Source: Alphaproteobacteria bacterium (GTDB taxonomy: Bacteria; Pseudomonadota; Alphaproteobacteria; SMXQ01). Taken from it: a DNA stretch of 64,000 nt. The position numbers were made by a program, and so were the translations under genes. Where the stretch lies: positions 29,451 through 93,450 of the forward strand of contig DASTMO010000033.1 of assembly GCA_035714115.1 (NCBI GenBank). The letters run 5' to 3'. The number at the start of each line of letters is the position of its first letter. The stretch's first letter is position 1. This document shows positions 1-10,361 of the stretch, in pieces. Below the pieces are notes generated by a model. That model was not told the DNA's origin and made no database searches. It saw only the letters and a list, made by a program, of their open reading frames with translations.

Positions 1-292
1 GGATTGACCAGCTCGATGCCGATGGAGCGCGAATTGATGTCGCCGCGCCCGTTCCAAGTGCCGGCGCCGGCATGCCACGCGCGGCGGTCTTCCGCCACCA
101 GACGGTAGATGGCGCCGTCCTCGTCGATCATGTAATGGCTGCTGACCTTGGCTGCCGCATCGCACAGGCGCAGGCGCGCCTCATCGGCCGTCGGCATGCC
201 GGTGTAATGGACGATCAGCAGATCAATGTGAGTCCCCGGCGCGCGGTCATCGTGATTGGGCGACGGGCAATCGATGAGAGCGATTTCACGCA
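1..292 (-). CDS. N-acetylmuramoyl-L-alanine amidase (AmpD-like, amidase_2 family), 5'-partial at window edge
   Basis: Reverse-strand translation from ATG at 292 gives MREIALIDCPSPNHDDRAPGTHIDLLIVHYTGMPTADEARLRLCD...SSHYMIDEDGAIYRLV...RAWHAGAG.WNGR...NSRSIGIEL, the characteristic AmpD/PGRP amidase N-terminus; runs off window start. Confidence 0.7.
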
Positions 293-389
293 TGACAATT
301 AACTATAGCCGCCATACTGGTCGCGTACAGCGCCGAGGCGAAAGATTCCCGGAGTCTTTTGCCGCTTTCGTTGGCCGATCTGAACAGGA

Positions 390-845
390 TCAGGCCGGCG
401 TCGTCTTCATGTAAAGGCGGTGCAAGGTTTGCAGGCCGAGGCAATAGCCCTCCAGCCCTGCGCCGCAGATGATCGCCCGCGCCACATGGCTCAAGTAGGA
501 CGGCGGACGATATGACTCTTTGTTATAGATGTTGGTGATATGCACCTCGATCGTCGGCGTGCCGACCGAGCGCACGGCGGTGTGCAACGCCAGCGACGTG
601 CGGGCGTAAGCGCCGGGATTGATCACGATGCCGAGCGCCTTCTGATAGCTCTCCTGCACCCAATCGACCAAAACGCCCTCGTGATTGGTCTGGCGAAAAT
701 CGATCTCCATGCCGAGCAAGTCGGCTTCCTCGCGGCACATCCGCTCGCAGTCGGCCAAGGTCTGATGGCCGTAGAGGTGGGGCTCGCGCACGCCGAGCAG
801 GTTCATGTTGGGGCCGTTCAAGACGAAGACCAGCGGCTTGGCCAT
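390..845 (-). CDS. aroQ: 3-dehydroquinate dehydratase, type II
   Basis: 151-aa ORF with MAKPLVFVLNGPNMNLLG.REP..YG..TL motif and HITNI..RE..R typical of type II DHQase. Confidence 0.9.
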   Translation of the reverse strand: MAKPLVFVLNGPNMNLLGVREPHLYGHQTLADCERMCREEADLLGMEIDFRQTNHEGVLVDWVQESYQKALGIVINPGAYARTSLALHTAVRSVGTPTIEVHITNIYNKESYRPPSYLSHVARAIICGAGLEGYCLGLQTLHRLYMKTTPA

Positions 846-909
846 GATGTTTCCTTCAATAGAAAAGCGCGGAGCCCGATGGGAGCTCCGCGCGCGATTC
901 GGCTGACGG

Positions 910-1929
910 CTATTCCATCTTCATGATCTTGTTGACGGTCTCGAGCACCGGCGCCGGCGTGGCGTAGAGCTGCGCCACGAGATCCTGCATCTCAGTGCCT
1001 TTGACGATGTCGATGTCGAGCTTCTGCTTGGCGGCGTCGGCCAGGAAGTCCGCGTCCTTCAGCATGGCTTCGAACGAGGCGCGCAATTGCTGCACGCGCT
1101 CGACGGGCGTGCCCGGCGGCGCGAAGAACGGCCAGGCGAGCGCGGCGTCCGATTCGAGGAACTCGATGGCTTGGCGCGCTTCCGGCGTTTTGGCGAATTC
1201 ATGCGCCATCGGCACATTGGGCAGGTCGGGCGCCTTGGTCAGCGTGAACTGCGTCAGGAACTTGATCTTGCCGTCGCGCACCCAGTCGGCATTGCGCGCT
1301 TTGATGGTGCCCCAGGCCCAGCCGCAGAAGGCTTCGGTCTCGCCCTTCTCCATCGCCGCGGCGGTTTCCGCGCCGCCCGGATAGCCAACCACGGTCTTCC
1401 ATTTGGTACCGAGCAACGCGTTGAGCGCTTTCGGGAAGACGAACGTGCGCGAGCCGGGGCCGGACGAGCCGACGACGGTTTCGCGCTTGATCACGTCCTC
1501 CATGCTGTTCACCGGCACGGTATGCCAGACGACGCAGACGCTCGGTTCGGCGGCGCGCCCGCCGATATAGTGGAATTTGCGCGAATCGAACTTCGCCTGC
1601 GGATCGCCGAGGATCGGCGCGAGGATGATGCCGCCGGTGATCATGCCGAGGCGCGTGCCGTCCTGCGCGCCGGTGTTGGCGAGCGTGTTGGCGGCGACCA
1701 TGCTGCCGGCGCCTGGCATGTTGGTGACGATGAAGCCGGGCTCGCCGGGAATCTGCTTGCCGTAATGTTTGGCGTAGAGCCGCGCGGCGAGATCGTAGCC
1801 GCCGCCGGCGCTGAAGCCGACGACGATGTCGACGCGTTTGCCTTTGTAAAAATCCTGTGCATCGGCGGCGGTGCCAAGCAGGCACAAAGCGAGCGCGCCG
1901 GCCAAAGCCGGAAGTGGTTTGAAACCCAT
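910..1929 (-). CDS. Tripartite tricarboxylate transporter (TTT) substrate-binding protein, TctC/Bug family (periplasmic)
   Basis: Start re-set to ATG 1929 (MGFKPLPALAGALALCLLGTAADA signal peptide; GGAGA RBS). Bug-family hallmark 'QDFYKGKRVDIVVGFSAGGGYD'. Length ~340 aa typical. Confidence 0.8.
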   Translation of the reverse strand: MGFKPLPALAGALALCLLGTAADAQDFYKGKRVDIVVGFSAGGGYDLAARLYAKHYGKQIPGEPGFIVTNMPGAGSMVAANTLANTGAQDGTRLGMITGGIILAPILGDPQAKFDSRKFHYIGGRAAEPSVCVVWHTVPVNSMEDVIKRETVVGSSGPGSRTFVFPKALNALLGTKWKTVVGYPGGAETAAAMEKGETEAFCGWAWGTIKARNADWVRDGKIKFLTQFTLTKAPDLPNVPMAHEFAKTPEARQAIEFLESDAALAWPFFAPPGTPVERVQQLRASFEAMLKDADFLADAAKQKLDIDIVKGTEMQDLVAQLYATPAPVLETVNKIMKME

Positions 1930-2111
1930 AATCGTCTCCCTGGACGCTTGATTAAACGTCGAACGGTCGTTGCCGCCGCGTCCGCCTGAAGCGGAATAGG
2001 TATTCAATGTAATACATTTCGCAGGGCGATGCGACGCGTTTCGCCCGAGCGAAATGAAATGGGCGACGCCGTTTCCAGCGCCGCCCGATCTCTACAAGCC
2101 GTGGCTGACGC

Positions 2112-3158
2112 TCAATCGACTTTGAGCAAGCCGATGATCTTGTCCTTTACCGCCGGCGGCTGGTCGAGCATGGCCGCCACGGCGCGCTGCATCTCCTCGC
2201 CGCGCGTCAGGATCGGGCTGATGCTGGCGACCTTCTGGGTCTCGGCGATGAACTCGGGGTCGACGGCGGTCTTGGCGAAGGCGTCGCGCAAGGCCTTGGC
2301 GCGGTCGGCCGGGATGCCCGGCGGCGCGAAGTAAGAGCGCGCCAGATCGAGGATCGGATTGACCATGGTGAACAGCGGGCGCTGCGCGTCGGGGATTTTG
2401 TCCATCACCCAGGGCACATTGTAGGGCTCGAGCGCCGGGGCTTTGGAGCCGGAAACCTGCATCAGGATCTTCACCTTGCCTTGATCCATCATCTGCTTGC
2501 CGCGGCCGCCGAGGAAGCCGATCAGGTCGCCGCCGGAGGCATGCACTTCGTTGCGCTCGATGGCGAGCTCGATGTCATTGTTCCGGTAGCCGTAGATGAT
2601 GTCCATGTTGAGCTTGAAGGCGTCCTTCAGCAGCTCAGGCACCAGGCCGTAGCCGGTCGAGCCCTTGGCCGTCGCGCCGAACTTGATCGGCTGCGGGCAT
2701 TTGGCGAGCTCTTCGATGGTCTGGCAGGGGAAGTCCGTGCGCATCCAATAGATCACCGTCGCCGTGTAGAGGTTGGCGATCCAGGTGAACTTGTCGAGAT
2801 CGAAGCGGATGTTCGGCTGCGAGATGGCGCGGCTGAACAGGCCCGAGGAGCCGGCGCCGATGGTCAGGCCGTCCTTCTCCGCCACGTTGTAGACATGGTT
2901 CGCCGCCGCGATGGATTCGGGCTGCGCCATGTTCTGCACGATGATGGTCGGCTTGCCTTCCATATGCTTGGGCAGATGGCGGGCCGCGACGCGCGCGAGA
3001 ATGTCGACGCCGCTGGCCTCGCTGCTGCCGACAATGATGCGGAAGTTCTTGCCCTTGTAGAAATCGGCGACGCTTTGCTGCGCCTGAGCGGCGGCGCTCG
3101 CGCCGACCGACAATGCCAAGATCGCGGCGGACAGGGTGAGCCTGTGCAGCTTCATCAT
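2112..3158 (-). CDS. TTT substrate-binding protein, TctC/Bug family (periplasmic), paralog
   Basis: Signal peptide MMKLHRLTLSAAILALSVGASAAAQA followed by 'ADFYKGKNFRIIVGSSEASGVD'. Same architecture as neighbouring Bug gene. Confidence 0.8.
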   Translation of the reverse strand: MMKLHRLTLSAAILALSVGASAAAQAQQSVADFYKGKNFRIIVGSSEASGVDILARVAARHLPKHMEGKPTIIVQNMAQPESIAAANHVYNVAEKDGLTIGAGSSGLFSRAISQPNIRFDLDKFTWIANLYTATVIYWMRTDFPCQTIEELAKCPQPIKFGATAKGSTGYGLVPELLKDAFKLNMDIIYGYRNNDIELAIERNEVHASGGDLIGFLGGRGKQMMDQGKVKILMQVSGSKAPALEPYNVPWVMDKIPDAQRPLFTMVNPILDLARSYFAPPGIPADRAKALRDAFAKTAVDPEFIAETQKVASISPILTRGEEMQRAVAAMLDQPPAVKDKIIGLLKVD

Positions 3159-3332
3159 ATTCCTCCCATGTGCGAGGCCGCGCCTTAAGCTCGCCGGCCT
3201 TCTTTTAATGAGAGGATCATAGGCGGTTTCGGCGGCGCGATGCCAGCCCGATGGGCCGCATTTCTCTGAGCGATTTCAACACGCGCGCGAGGAAAAATGA
3301 AACATGTGCGCCGCTCGCCGGAACTCCGCTGG

Positions 3333-4328
3333 TCACTCGCCGAACAGCGCGGCCAGCCCTTGCGGCGAGGTGAACATGCGCCCGGCGCTATGGCCGACGC
3401 CCGGCACGGTGACGAGCCGGTGATTGTGCGGCGCGTAGTAGGCATCCATGAAATGGCTGAAGGCGGTCAGGCGGGCGAAACGCATCGGCCCTTGCGCCAT
3501 CGCCTGGCAGGTCTTGGACAGGTTGGCCGCGTTCGGATCGGTGTCGGCTTCGCCGGCGAGATAGATGACGCGGCGCGTGCGATAGCGGGCGATCTCGGTC
3601 TCCGCCGTATCGCGTTTCATGTAGGCGTTGGACCGTTCAAAGCCGTAGCCGTAGCGGTTCGTCTCGCATTTCGACGGCGGCGGCACGGCGAATTCGGCGC
3701 TGCCGGAAACGGGGCGGCGCGCGTCGAGATAGAGCAGGCTCGATGGATTGGCGACGATATAGGTGACCGGGGGCAAGCCCGGCGTGTCGCGGCTCGCCAC
3801 CGCATAGCGCTGCAGATATTGCGCGCCCGCGGAGTGAGCGGCGAGGATGACGCGCTCCAAGTTGGGGTAGAGCGCGCGGTCGGCGAGGGGACTGAGAATC
3901 TCGTCGAGCACGGCGAATGCATGCACGCGCGGCGAAATGGCGGCGCTAGACAGCTCGCCGAAGCGCCAGTTGGAGCGGCGGTCCCACACCAGGCTGCCTT
4001 TTGGCGCGCTTTTCGGATCGGCCAGCTCGGCGAAATGGGGCGCGATCACGATGGTGTCGGCGGCATGGCCGCTGCGCGCCGTGGCTGTCAGCCCGGTATT
4101 GAAATAGCTTTCGGCATTGCCGTCGGTGCCATGGATGATGACCAGGGCGCGGCGAATTTCGGGATGAGCATCGCGCAGGGGTAAGGTGGCGTAGAGCGTG
4201 GCAGACAGGCCTTCGACGGCGATCTGCCCGCGGCATAACTCGACTTTTTTGCTGCAGTCCGCAGCGGCCGCGACGGACGTCTGTGCGGCGAGCAGCAGCA
4301 AGGCGGCGAGGGATGAGCGCAGCATCAT
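3333..4328 (-). CDS. Secreted alpha/beta-fold hydrolase (esterase/lipase-like)
   Basis: Start re-set to tandem ATG at 4328 (MMLRSSLAALLLLAAQTSVAAAA signal peptide). Nucleophile-elbow-like 'AAHSAGAQY'. C-terminal 'GVGHSAG'. Confidence 0.6.
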   Translation of the reverse strand: MMLRSSLAALLLLAAQTSVAAAADCSKKVELCRGQIAVEGLSATLYATLPLRDAHPEIRRALVIIHGTDGNAESYFNTGLTATARSGHAADTIVIAPHFAELADPKSAPKGSLVWDRRSNWRFGELSSAAISPRVHAFAVLDEILSPLADRALYPNLERVILAAHSAGAQYLQRYAVASRDTPGLPPVTYIVANPSSLLYLDARRPVSGSAEFAVPPPSKCETNRYGYGFERSNAYMKRDTAETEIARYRTRRVIYLAGEADTDPNAANLSKTCQAMAQGPMRFARLTAFSHFMDAYYAPHNHRLVTVPGVGHSAGRMFTSPQGLAALFGE

Positions 4329-4386
4329 GGTCCGTCTCGTGCTAGTTTGCCGGCTGATCATTAAGACATCATAAGGCAGCGGCGCG

Positions 4387-7300
4387 TTGAGCGATATGTG
4401 GCAGTTCTGGATCGATCGTGGCGGCACCTTCACCGACATCGTCGCGCGCGCGCCGGACGGCGCCATCGTCACGCGCAAGATGCTGTCGGAGAATCCGGGC
4501 CGCTACGACGACGCGGCGTTGGCCGGCATTCGCGCCATTCTGGGTTTAACGGACGGCGCGGCGATTCCCGCCGCCGAAATCGCCGCCGTCAAGATGGGCA
4601 CGACCGTCGCCACCAATGCATTGCTCGAGCGCAAGGGCGAGCCGCTCGTTCTGGTCACGACGCGCGGCTTTCGTGATGCGCTGCGCATCGCTTATCAGAA
4701 CCGCCCGCGCCTGTTCGACCTCAAGGTGACGCTGCCGGAAATGCTCTATGCCCGCGTCATCGAGGCCCACGAACGGATCGACGCGCAGGGCCTCGAGCTG
4801 CAAGCGTTGGATGGAGCAGCGCTGGAGCGCGATTTACGCGCGGCTTACGAAGCGGGCCTGCGTTCGGTCGCCATCGTCTTCATGCATGCTTGGCGCGATG
4901 GCGCTCATGAGATCCAGGCCGCTGCGATCGCCCGGCGCATCGGCTTTTCGCAAATCTCTGTCTCGCATCAAGTCTCGCCGCTGATGAAGCTGGTCGGGCG
5001 AGGCGACACCACGGTGGCCGACGCTTATCTCTCGCCGATCCTGCGCCGCTATGTCGACCGGGTGACCGGGGCGCTCGGCGGCGCGCCGCTGCTGTTCATG
5101 CAGTCGAACGGCGGCCTTGTCGCGGCCGGGCATTTCCAGGGCAAGGACAGCATCCTGTCCGGCCCCGCCGGCGGCATCGTCGGCGCGGCCAAGGCGGCGG
5201 CGCGGGCCGGCATCGACAAGCTCATCGGCTTCGACATGGGCGGCACTTCGACAGACGTCTCACATATCGACATGACGGCCGAGGGCGCAGGGCTGGAGCG
5301 GACATTCGAGACGGTGGTCGCGGGCGTACGCTTGCGCGCGCCGATGCTCGCCATCAATACCGTGGCGGCGGGTGGCGGCTCGATCTTGACGTTCGACGGC
5401 TCGCGTCTGCGCGTCGGGCCGGAATCGGCGGGCGCCAATCCGGGGCCTGCTTGTTACCGTAAGGGAGGTCCGCTCACCGTCACCGACGCCAATCTGATGG
5501 TCGGCAAGATCCGGCCCGAGTTTTTTCCCAAGATCTTCGGGCCGAACGGCGATCAAGCGCTCGATGCCGAGATCGTGCGCGAGAAATTCGCCGCGCTGGC
5601 GGGCGAAGTGGCGCGCGCCACCGGCGTGACGCGCAGCCCTGAGGAATTGGCCGACGGTTTCCTGCGCATCGCCAACGAGGCGATGGCGCACGCGATCAAG
5701 CAGATCTCGATCCAGCGCGGGCGCGACGTGGCGAAATATGCGCTCGGCTGTTTCGGCGGCGCGGGCGGCCAGCACGCCTGCAAGGTCGCCGACGCGCTCG
5801 GCATGACGGCGGCTTTCATCCATCCGCTGGCCGGCGTGCTGTCGGCGCTCGGCATGGGCCTCGCCGACCGCGTCGAGATGCGCGAACGCGCTGTCGAAAC
5901 GAAACTGTCCTCCGAAAGTGAAGCGACGCTGAAGACTGCGCTCGATGATTTAAGTGACGCCGCGCAAGGCGCGTTGATCGGGCAGGGCGTGGCGCAGGAG
6001 CGCATCGCCATCCATCGCCGCGTTCACTTGCGTTATGAAGGCACCGACACCGCCGAGCCGGTGGCTTATGCCGGCGCTGCAGCCATGCGCGAAGCCTTCG
6101 AGGCGGCGCATCAGCGCAGCTATGGCTTCGTCATGGCTGGCCGCGCCTTGATCGTCGAAGCCGTTTCGGCCGAGGCGGTTGGCGCCATGGAGGGCATCGA
6201 TGCGCTGCGCTTCGCCGCGCCGCCGACGGGCGAGGCCTTGCCGACACCGCTGGGCATGGCGAAGCTTTATGCCGATGGCGCGTTGCACGACGCGCCGATC
6301 CATGGGCGCGAGAAATTGCCGGTTGACGTGCCGCTCGATGGCCCCGCCATCCTGATCGAGGCCAACGCCACGACAGCGATCGAGCCGGGCTGGCAGGCGC
6401 GCATGACCGCGCACGGCGATCTGTTGCTCGCGCGCGTGCTGCCGTTGCGCCAGGCGCCGGCCATGGGCACCGCCGCGGATCCGGTGATGCTGGAAATTTT
6501 CAATAATCTCTTCATGGCCATCGCCGAGCAGATGGGCGTGGCGCTCGCCAGCACCTCGCAGTCGGTCAATATCAAGGAGCGGCTCGATTTCTCCTGCGCC
6601 CTGTTCGACGGCGTCGGTAATCTCATCGCCAATGCGCCCCACATGCCGGTGCATCTTGGCTCGATGGGCGAGTCAGTCGCCGCTGTGTTGAAAGGTCGTA
6701 AAGGCTCGCTCAAGCCCGGCGATGTGGTGGTGCATAACGCGCCCTACAACGGCGGCACGCATCTGCCGGACGTGACGGTCATCATGCCGGTATTCGCCGA
6801 AGGCGACGCCAGCACGCCGCTGTTCTTCGTCGCGGCACGCGGCCATCATGCCGACATCGGCGGCATCACGCCCGGGTCCATGCCGCCGGACTCCACCACG
6901 ATCCTCGACGAAGGCGTGCTGTTCGATGACGTGACGCTGGTCGCAGGCGGCGTCTTCTGCGAGCCCGACATGCGCGCGCGCCTGGCGAGCGGTTCCTGGC
7001 CGAGCCGGGCCATCGAGCAGAATATCGCCGATCTCAAGGCCCAGGTCGCGGCCTGCGAGAAGGGCGCGCAGGAGCTGGCGCGCATGGTGCGCGATTTCTC
7101 GCTTCCGGTCGTGCGCGCCTATATGGGCCATGTGCAGGACAATGCTGAGGAAGCGGTGCGCCGCGCCATCGCCCAGCTCAAAGACGGCGCATTCGCTTTG
7201 CCGCTCGACGACGGCGGCGAAATTCGCGTGGCGGTTCGCATCGACAAGGCGGCGCGCCGCGCCATGGTGGATTTTACCGGTTCGTCCCTACAGCGGCCGA

Positions 7301-8007
7301 ACAACCGCAATGCGCCCTCCGCCGTCTGCCGCGCCGCCGTGCTTTACGTGTTCCGCACCTTGGTCGCCGACGACATTCCCATGAACGCCGGCTGCCTGCG
7401 GCCCATCGACATCGTCATCCCTGAAGGCTCGATGCTGGCGCCGCGATATCCAGCCGCCGTGGTCGCCGGCAATGTCGAGACCTCGCAATCGTTGTGCGAT
7501 GCGCTCTACGGCGCGCTCGGCGTACTCGCCGCCTCGCAAGGCACGATGAACAACTTCACCTTCGGCAATGCGCGCACTCAATATTACGAGACAGTGGCCG
7601 GCGGCATGGGGGCGGGAGCGGGTTTTAGCGGCGCGAGCGCGGTGCAGACGCATATGACCAATTCGCGCCTGACCGATCCCGAAGTGCTTGAAGTGCGCTA
7701 CCCGGTTTTGGTCGAGGATTTTTCGTTGCGCGCCGGTTCGGGCGGCGCCGGCCAATGGCGCGGCGGCGATGGCGCGGTGCGGCGCATCCGCTTCTTGGAA
7801 GCGATGGATGCGGCGATCCTCTCCAGCCGGCGGACGACCGATCCGTTCGGCCTTCAAGGCGGCGGCAATGGAGCGCGCGGGCGCAGCGCGGTGATTCGCG
7901 CGGATGGCAGCGTGCAGGAATTGAGCGCGACGGAGCGAACCTCGCTCGAAGCCGGCGATGTCTTTTTGATTGAAACGCCAGGCGGCGGTGGCTTTGGCAA
8001 GAAATAG
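4387..8007 (+). CDS. Fused hydantoinase A/B family enzyme (5-oxoprolinase-like, ATP-hydrolysing)
   Basis: 1206-aa ORF. N-terminus '[16 protein letters not shown]' is the hydantoinase-A/oxoprolinase signature; size matches fused HyuA-HyuB/OplAH proteins. Confidence 0.85.
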   Translation: MSDMWQFWIDRGGTFTDIVARAPDGAIVTRKMLSENPGRYDDAALAGIRAILGLTDGAAIPAAEIAAVKMGTTVATNALLERKGEPLVLVTTRGFRDALRIAYQNRPRLFDLKVTLPEMLYARVIEAHERIDAQGLELQALDGAALERDLRAAYEAGLRSVAIVFMHAWRDGAHEIQAAAIARRIGFSQISVSHQVSPLMKLVGRGDTTVADAYLSPILRRYVDRVTGALGGAPLLFMQSNGGLVAAGHFQGKDSILSGPAGGIVGAAKAAARAGIDKLIGFDMGGTSTDVSHIDMTAEGAGLERTFETVVAGVRLRAPMLAINTVAAGGGSILTFDGSRLRVGPESAGANPGPACYRKGGPLTVTDANLMVGKIRPEFFPKIFGPNGDQALDAEIVREKFAALAGEVARATGVTRSPEELADGFLRIANEAMAHAIKQISIQRGRDVAKYALGCFGGAGGQHACKVADALGMTAAFIHPLAGVLSALGMGLADRVEMRERAVETKLSSESEATLKTALDDLSDAAQGALIGQGVAQERIAIHRRVHLRYEGTDTAEPVAYAGAAAMREAFEAAHQRSYGFVMAGRALIVEAVSAEAVGAMEGIDALRFAAPPTGEALPTPLGMAKLYADGALHDAPIHGREKLPVDVPLDGPAILIEANATTAIEPGWQARMTAHGDLLLARVLPLRQAPAMGTAADPVMLEIFNNLFMAIAEQMGVALASTSQSVNIKERLDFSCALFDGVGNLIANAPHMPVHLGSMGESVAAVLKGRKGSLKPGDVVVHNAPYNGGTHLPDVTVIMPVFAEGDASTPLFFVAARGHHADIGGITPGSMPPDSTTILDEGVLFDDVTLVAGGVFCEPDMRARLASGSWPSRAIEQNIADLKAQVAACEKGAQELARMVRDFSLPVVRAYMGHVQDNAEEAVRRAIAQLKDGAFALPLDDGGEIRVAVRIDKAARRAMVDFTGSSLQRPNNRNAPSAVCRAAVLYVFRTLVADDIPMNAGCLRPIDIVIPEGSMLAPRYPAAVVAGNVETSQSLCDALYGALGVLAASQGTMNNFTFGNARTQYYETVAGGMGAGAGFSGASAVQTHMTNSRLTDPEVLEVRYPVLVEDFSLRAGSGGAGQWRGGDGAVRRIRFLEAMDAAILSSRRTTDPFGLQGGGNGARGRSAVIRADGSVQELSATERTSLEAGDVFLIETPGGGGFGKK

Positions 8008-8045
8008 CCGGCGGCGGCTACATGCCGCTCGCCGACTCCGGGGGC

Positions 8046-8603
8046 TTAGTGCACGACGCTGAGATCGGCGCGATGGATGAAGCGGCGTTCAAGCGTCGGC
8101 TGGGATGCGCCTTCGCGCGCTGGCAGGACGAGGCGCGCTTCGCAAAGCGCGGTGGCCAAGCCGCAGACGTAATCGAGGGCGATGCGCGCTGCCGCCGGCG
8201 GCAGCCAGTCGGCCAGGAGCGCCGTCGCATCATGGCCGCGCTCGCTTTGCAGACTGCGGATCACGCAGAGCAGGCGGGCTTCGTCGTCGGTCAGCATCCT
8301 GTCGCGCGGGCGGCCGAGCGTGACCGGGCGCTTGGCCGCGGTCTCAAGAATGCCCAGGAAGGATTGGAAGCAGGCGACGCCGACGCCGCAGAGATCGGCG
8401 GCGAGGAAACCGTCGCGCCAATCGGGGTGGCCGGCGTCCGGCTCCAGGCGATGAGCCGTCCATAGCCGCAAGGCGACGACCATCAGGGCTTCGGCGGTGC
8501 GCAGACTCGTCATGCCGGTGCCGGCGGGATAGGCGGCTCTCGGGTCGAGTTCGGGTCGGGCGAAGTCGGCACGGAAATCGGGACGCTGGAAGCTGTTCGG
8601 CAC
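8046..8603 (-). CDS. Hypothetical protein (185 aa), no recognisable domain
   Basis: Uninterrupted ORF in codon-biased frame; AT-rich putative promoter region immediately upstream (8635-8690). Confidence 0.5.
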   Translation of the reverse strand: MPNSFQRPDFRADFARPELDPRAAYPAGTGMTSLRTAEALMVVALRLWTAHRLEPDAGHPDWRDGFLAADLCGVGVACFQSFLGILETAAKRPVTLGRPRDRMLTDDEARLLCVIRSLQSERGHDATALLADWLPPAAARIALDYVCGLATALCEARLVLPAREGASQPTLERRFIHRADLSVVH

Positions 8604-8711
8604 GGCGCGCTCCTATCTTGAAGGGGCGCACCTTAGTCAATGCAATTGATAATCGTTATTACTAAATGCACTTAGCTGCTAAGTGACAAGGTTCTGCCGA
8701 AGCGTCGCGCA

Positions 8712-8745
8712 TGAAAAAGGCGGGGATCGCTCCCCGCCTTTTTTG
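8712..8745. terminator. Bidirectional Rho-independent terminator
   Basis: 'aaaaaggcggggatcgctccccgccttttttgtt': GC stem flanked by A-run and T-run, directly 3' of the minus-strand gene ending at 8762. Confidence 0.65.
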
Positions 8746-8761
8746 TTCATCGCATCAGCGA

Positions 8762-9811
8762 TCAGCGCATGTTGCCGAGGATGCTGGAGCGGCTGTCGGC
8801 CATCTTCTTGATGAAGTTGCTCATCAGGTCGAAGGCTTCGTTGCGCTTGTTGGTCAGGCTTTGCATGCGCAGCATGTCCATCTGCTGGCTGTTGTTCATG
8901 CTGTCGATCTGGCCCTTGATCGTCTCGACCTGCTTGTCGATGGCGCTGGCGGCTGGAAGATCCGCGCCCATAGGATCCCTCAGCTTGGCGCGATCGGCGC
9001 GCAGTTGCGTGATCTGCTGGTTCAGCTTGGCGATCTGGTCGTTACGCTTCTGAACTTCTTCCAGTTGGGTCTTCAGTTGCGTTTCAAGCAGATTGGCGCG
9101 CTGCGATTGCACGGCCATCATCGCGGTTTCGAGATCCATGCCCTGGATGTCCAGCGCCGAGATGCCACCGATGCTGCCGACCGCCACGCCGCGCGCTGCG
9201 GGAGCGGAACTTTGCGGATTGGTCGCCGCGGCCGACAGAGCTTGCGTCGGGATGTTCGCGGCCAAGCGGCTCGCGACCAGCACTTCATATTGCGGGACGG
9301 CGACTTCCTTGCCGCCGAAGGCGACCTTGCAGGCATTGCCGACGACTTTGCCCGGCACGACGCCGCCTTGCACGGGGGCATGGCAGACCGGCAGCAGCTT
9401 CTCGCCCTCGCGCGCCGCCACGAACGCGCCCGGCGGCAGCAGGCCGTTCTGGGCCGGCACCCAACGGACGAACTGCGGATTGAGCCGCAGCGCCGCGGCG
9501 TTGCCGAGCAACAGCTCATAGGAGGACTGGCGCACTTCGACGCCGGCATGGCCGAAACTGCAATTGCCGCCGACGACTCGGCCGATCTCGCGCGCCCCTT
9601 GGTACTCGGTGGCACAGAGCGCGGTAGGCTGACCTTGCTCATGGCCGCCAGGAAGGGCGGTGGCCGGAATCGGCTGGTTCGGTGCGGCGACCTGCCACAT
9701 CACCAGAGCGTCGTCGACCGGCGCGATTTGCGCCTGGACGGTTCCCATCTGCAAGGCGATGGGCGAAATGAACGCGATCGCGGCGGCGATCGTCGGCAGG
9801 CGCAAAATCAT
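8762..9811 (-). CDS. Secreted protein with two DM9/DUF3421-like repeats and a C-terminal coiled-coil region
   Basis: Signal peptide MILRLPTIAAAIAFISPIALQMGTVQAQ. Two repeats of the pattern G.VVGGNCSFGHAGVEV....YELL / GKVVGNACKVAFGGKEVAVPQYEVLV (DM9-like). C-terminal ~120 aa is Q/L/K-rich heptad-like (LLETQLKTQLEEVQKRNDQIAKLNQQITQLRADRAKL). Confidence 0.6.
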   Translation of the reverse strand: MILRLPTIAAAIAFISPIALQMGTVQAQIAPVDDALVMWQVAAPNQPIPATALPGGHEQGQPTALCATEYQGAREIGRVVGGNCSFGHAGVEVRQSSYELLLGNAAALRLNPQFVRWVPAQNGLLPPGAFVAAREGEKLLPVCHAPVQGGVVPGKVVGNACKVAFGGKEVAVPQYEVLVASRLAANIPTQALSAAATNPQSSAPAARGVAVGSIGGISALDIQGMDLETAMMAVQSQRANLLETQLKTQLEEVQKRNDQIAKLNQQITQLRADRAKLRDPMGADLPAASAIDKQVETIKGQIDSMNNSQQMDMLRMQSLTNKRNEAFDLMSNFIKKMADSRSSILGNMR

Positions 9812-9916
9812 CGGTAATCCCCTCGGTGGAACGCGGTCAGCCAGGCGCAGATATAGCCGAGGGCATGCCGGCGAAGCAGCAAATTTTCACGGGGAATTGA
9901 GGGGTGCCGCGCGGGC

Positions 9917-10126
9917 TCAACGCGCCTTCGGCGCGTCTTCGGGCGAATTGGTCGTGTCGCGCTGCTTGCCGTCGAGATCTCGGCTGGCGCGGTCGAACTC
10001 GGCGATCTGGCGGGTTTTCTCGTCCTTGGTGCGGCCGAAGCGGGCGCGATTTTCGCCCGCCTTCTTCACGGACGCGGCGCGCGCCCGCTGCTTGCGGAAT
10101 TGGTTGAGATTGACGACGTCGCCCAT
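9917..10126 (-). CDS. Small basic protein, DUF4169-like
   Basis: Start re-set to MGDVVNLNQFRKQRARAASVKKAGENRARFGRTKDEK...; this N-terminus (VNL.QFRK...AENRARFGRTK.EK) is the conserved alphaproteobacterial DUF4169 pattern. Confidence 0.55.
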   Translation of the reverse strand: MGDVVNLNQFRKQRARAASVKKAGENRARFGRTKDEKTRQIAEFDRASRDLDGKQRDTTNSPEDAPKAR

Positions 10127-10361
10127 GACCTGGCCGTCCTTCCCGCATCGGGCCGGCGGCGGCAGGCGGAGGCCTGCGGAGCCGGTCGCCGAAGGTCCGG
10201 GCGATCGTCGCGCGGACCATTGCACATAAGCCTAAACGCGATCGCAGCTGAGACGCGGCTGGCGTCCGGCGGATCGGCCTTGCATCGGGCCTATCCTCAA
10301 AACGCCATATTCAGTAGGATAGCTTAACGGAAACAGTCGGGACCGCAAGTGTCCTCGCAGC

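Noticed and set aside
8635-8690. Fur-box-like AT-rich segment 'ttgataatcgttattac'
   Set aside because: Only a partial match to the 19-bp Fur consensus. Alphaproteobacteria mostly use Irr/RirA rather than Fur for iron control. Kept only as a generic AT-rich promoter region.
8711-9817. 368-aa plus-strand ORF
   Set aside because: Lies antisense to and entirely within the better-supported secreted DM9-like gene. Its product is low-complexity R/A/G-rich as expected from high-GC antisense frames.
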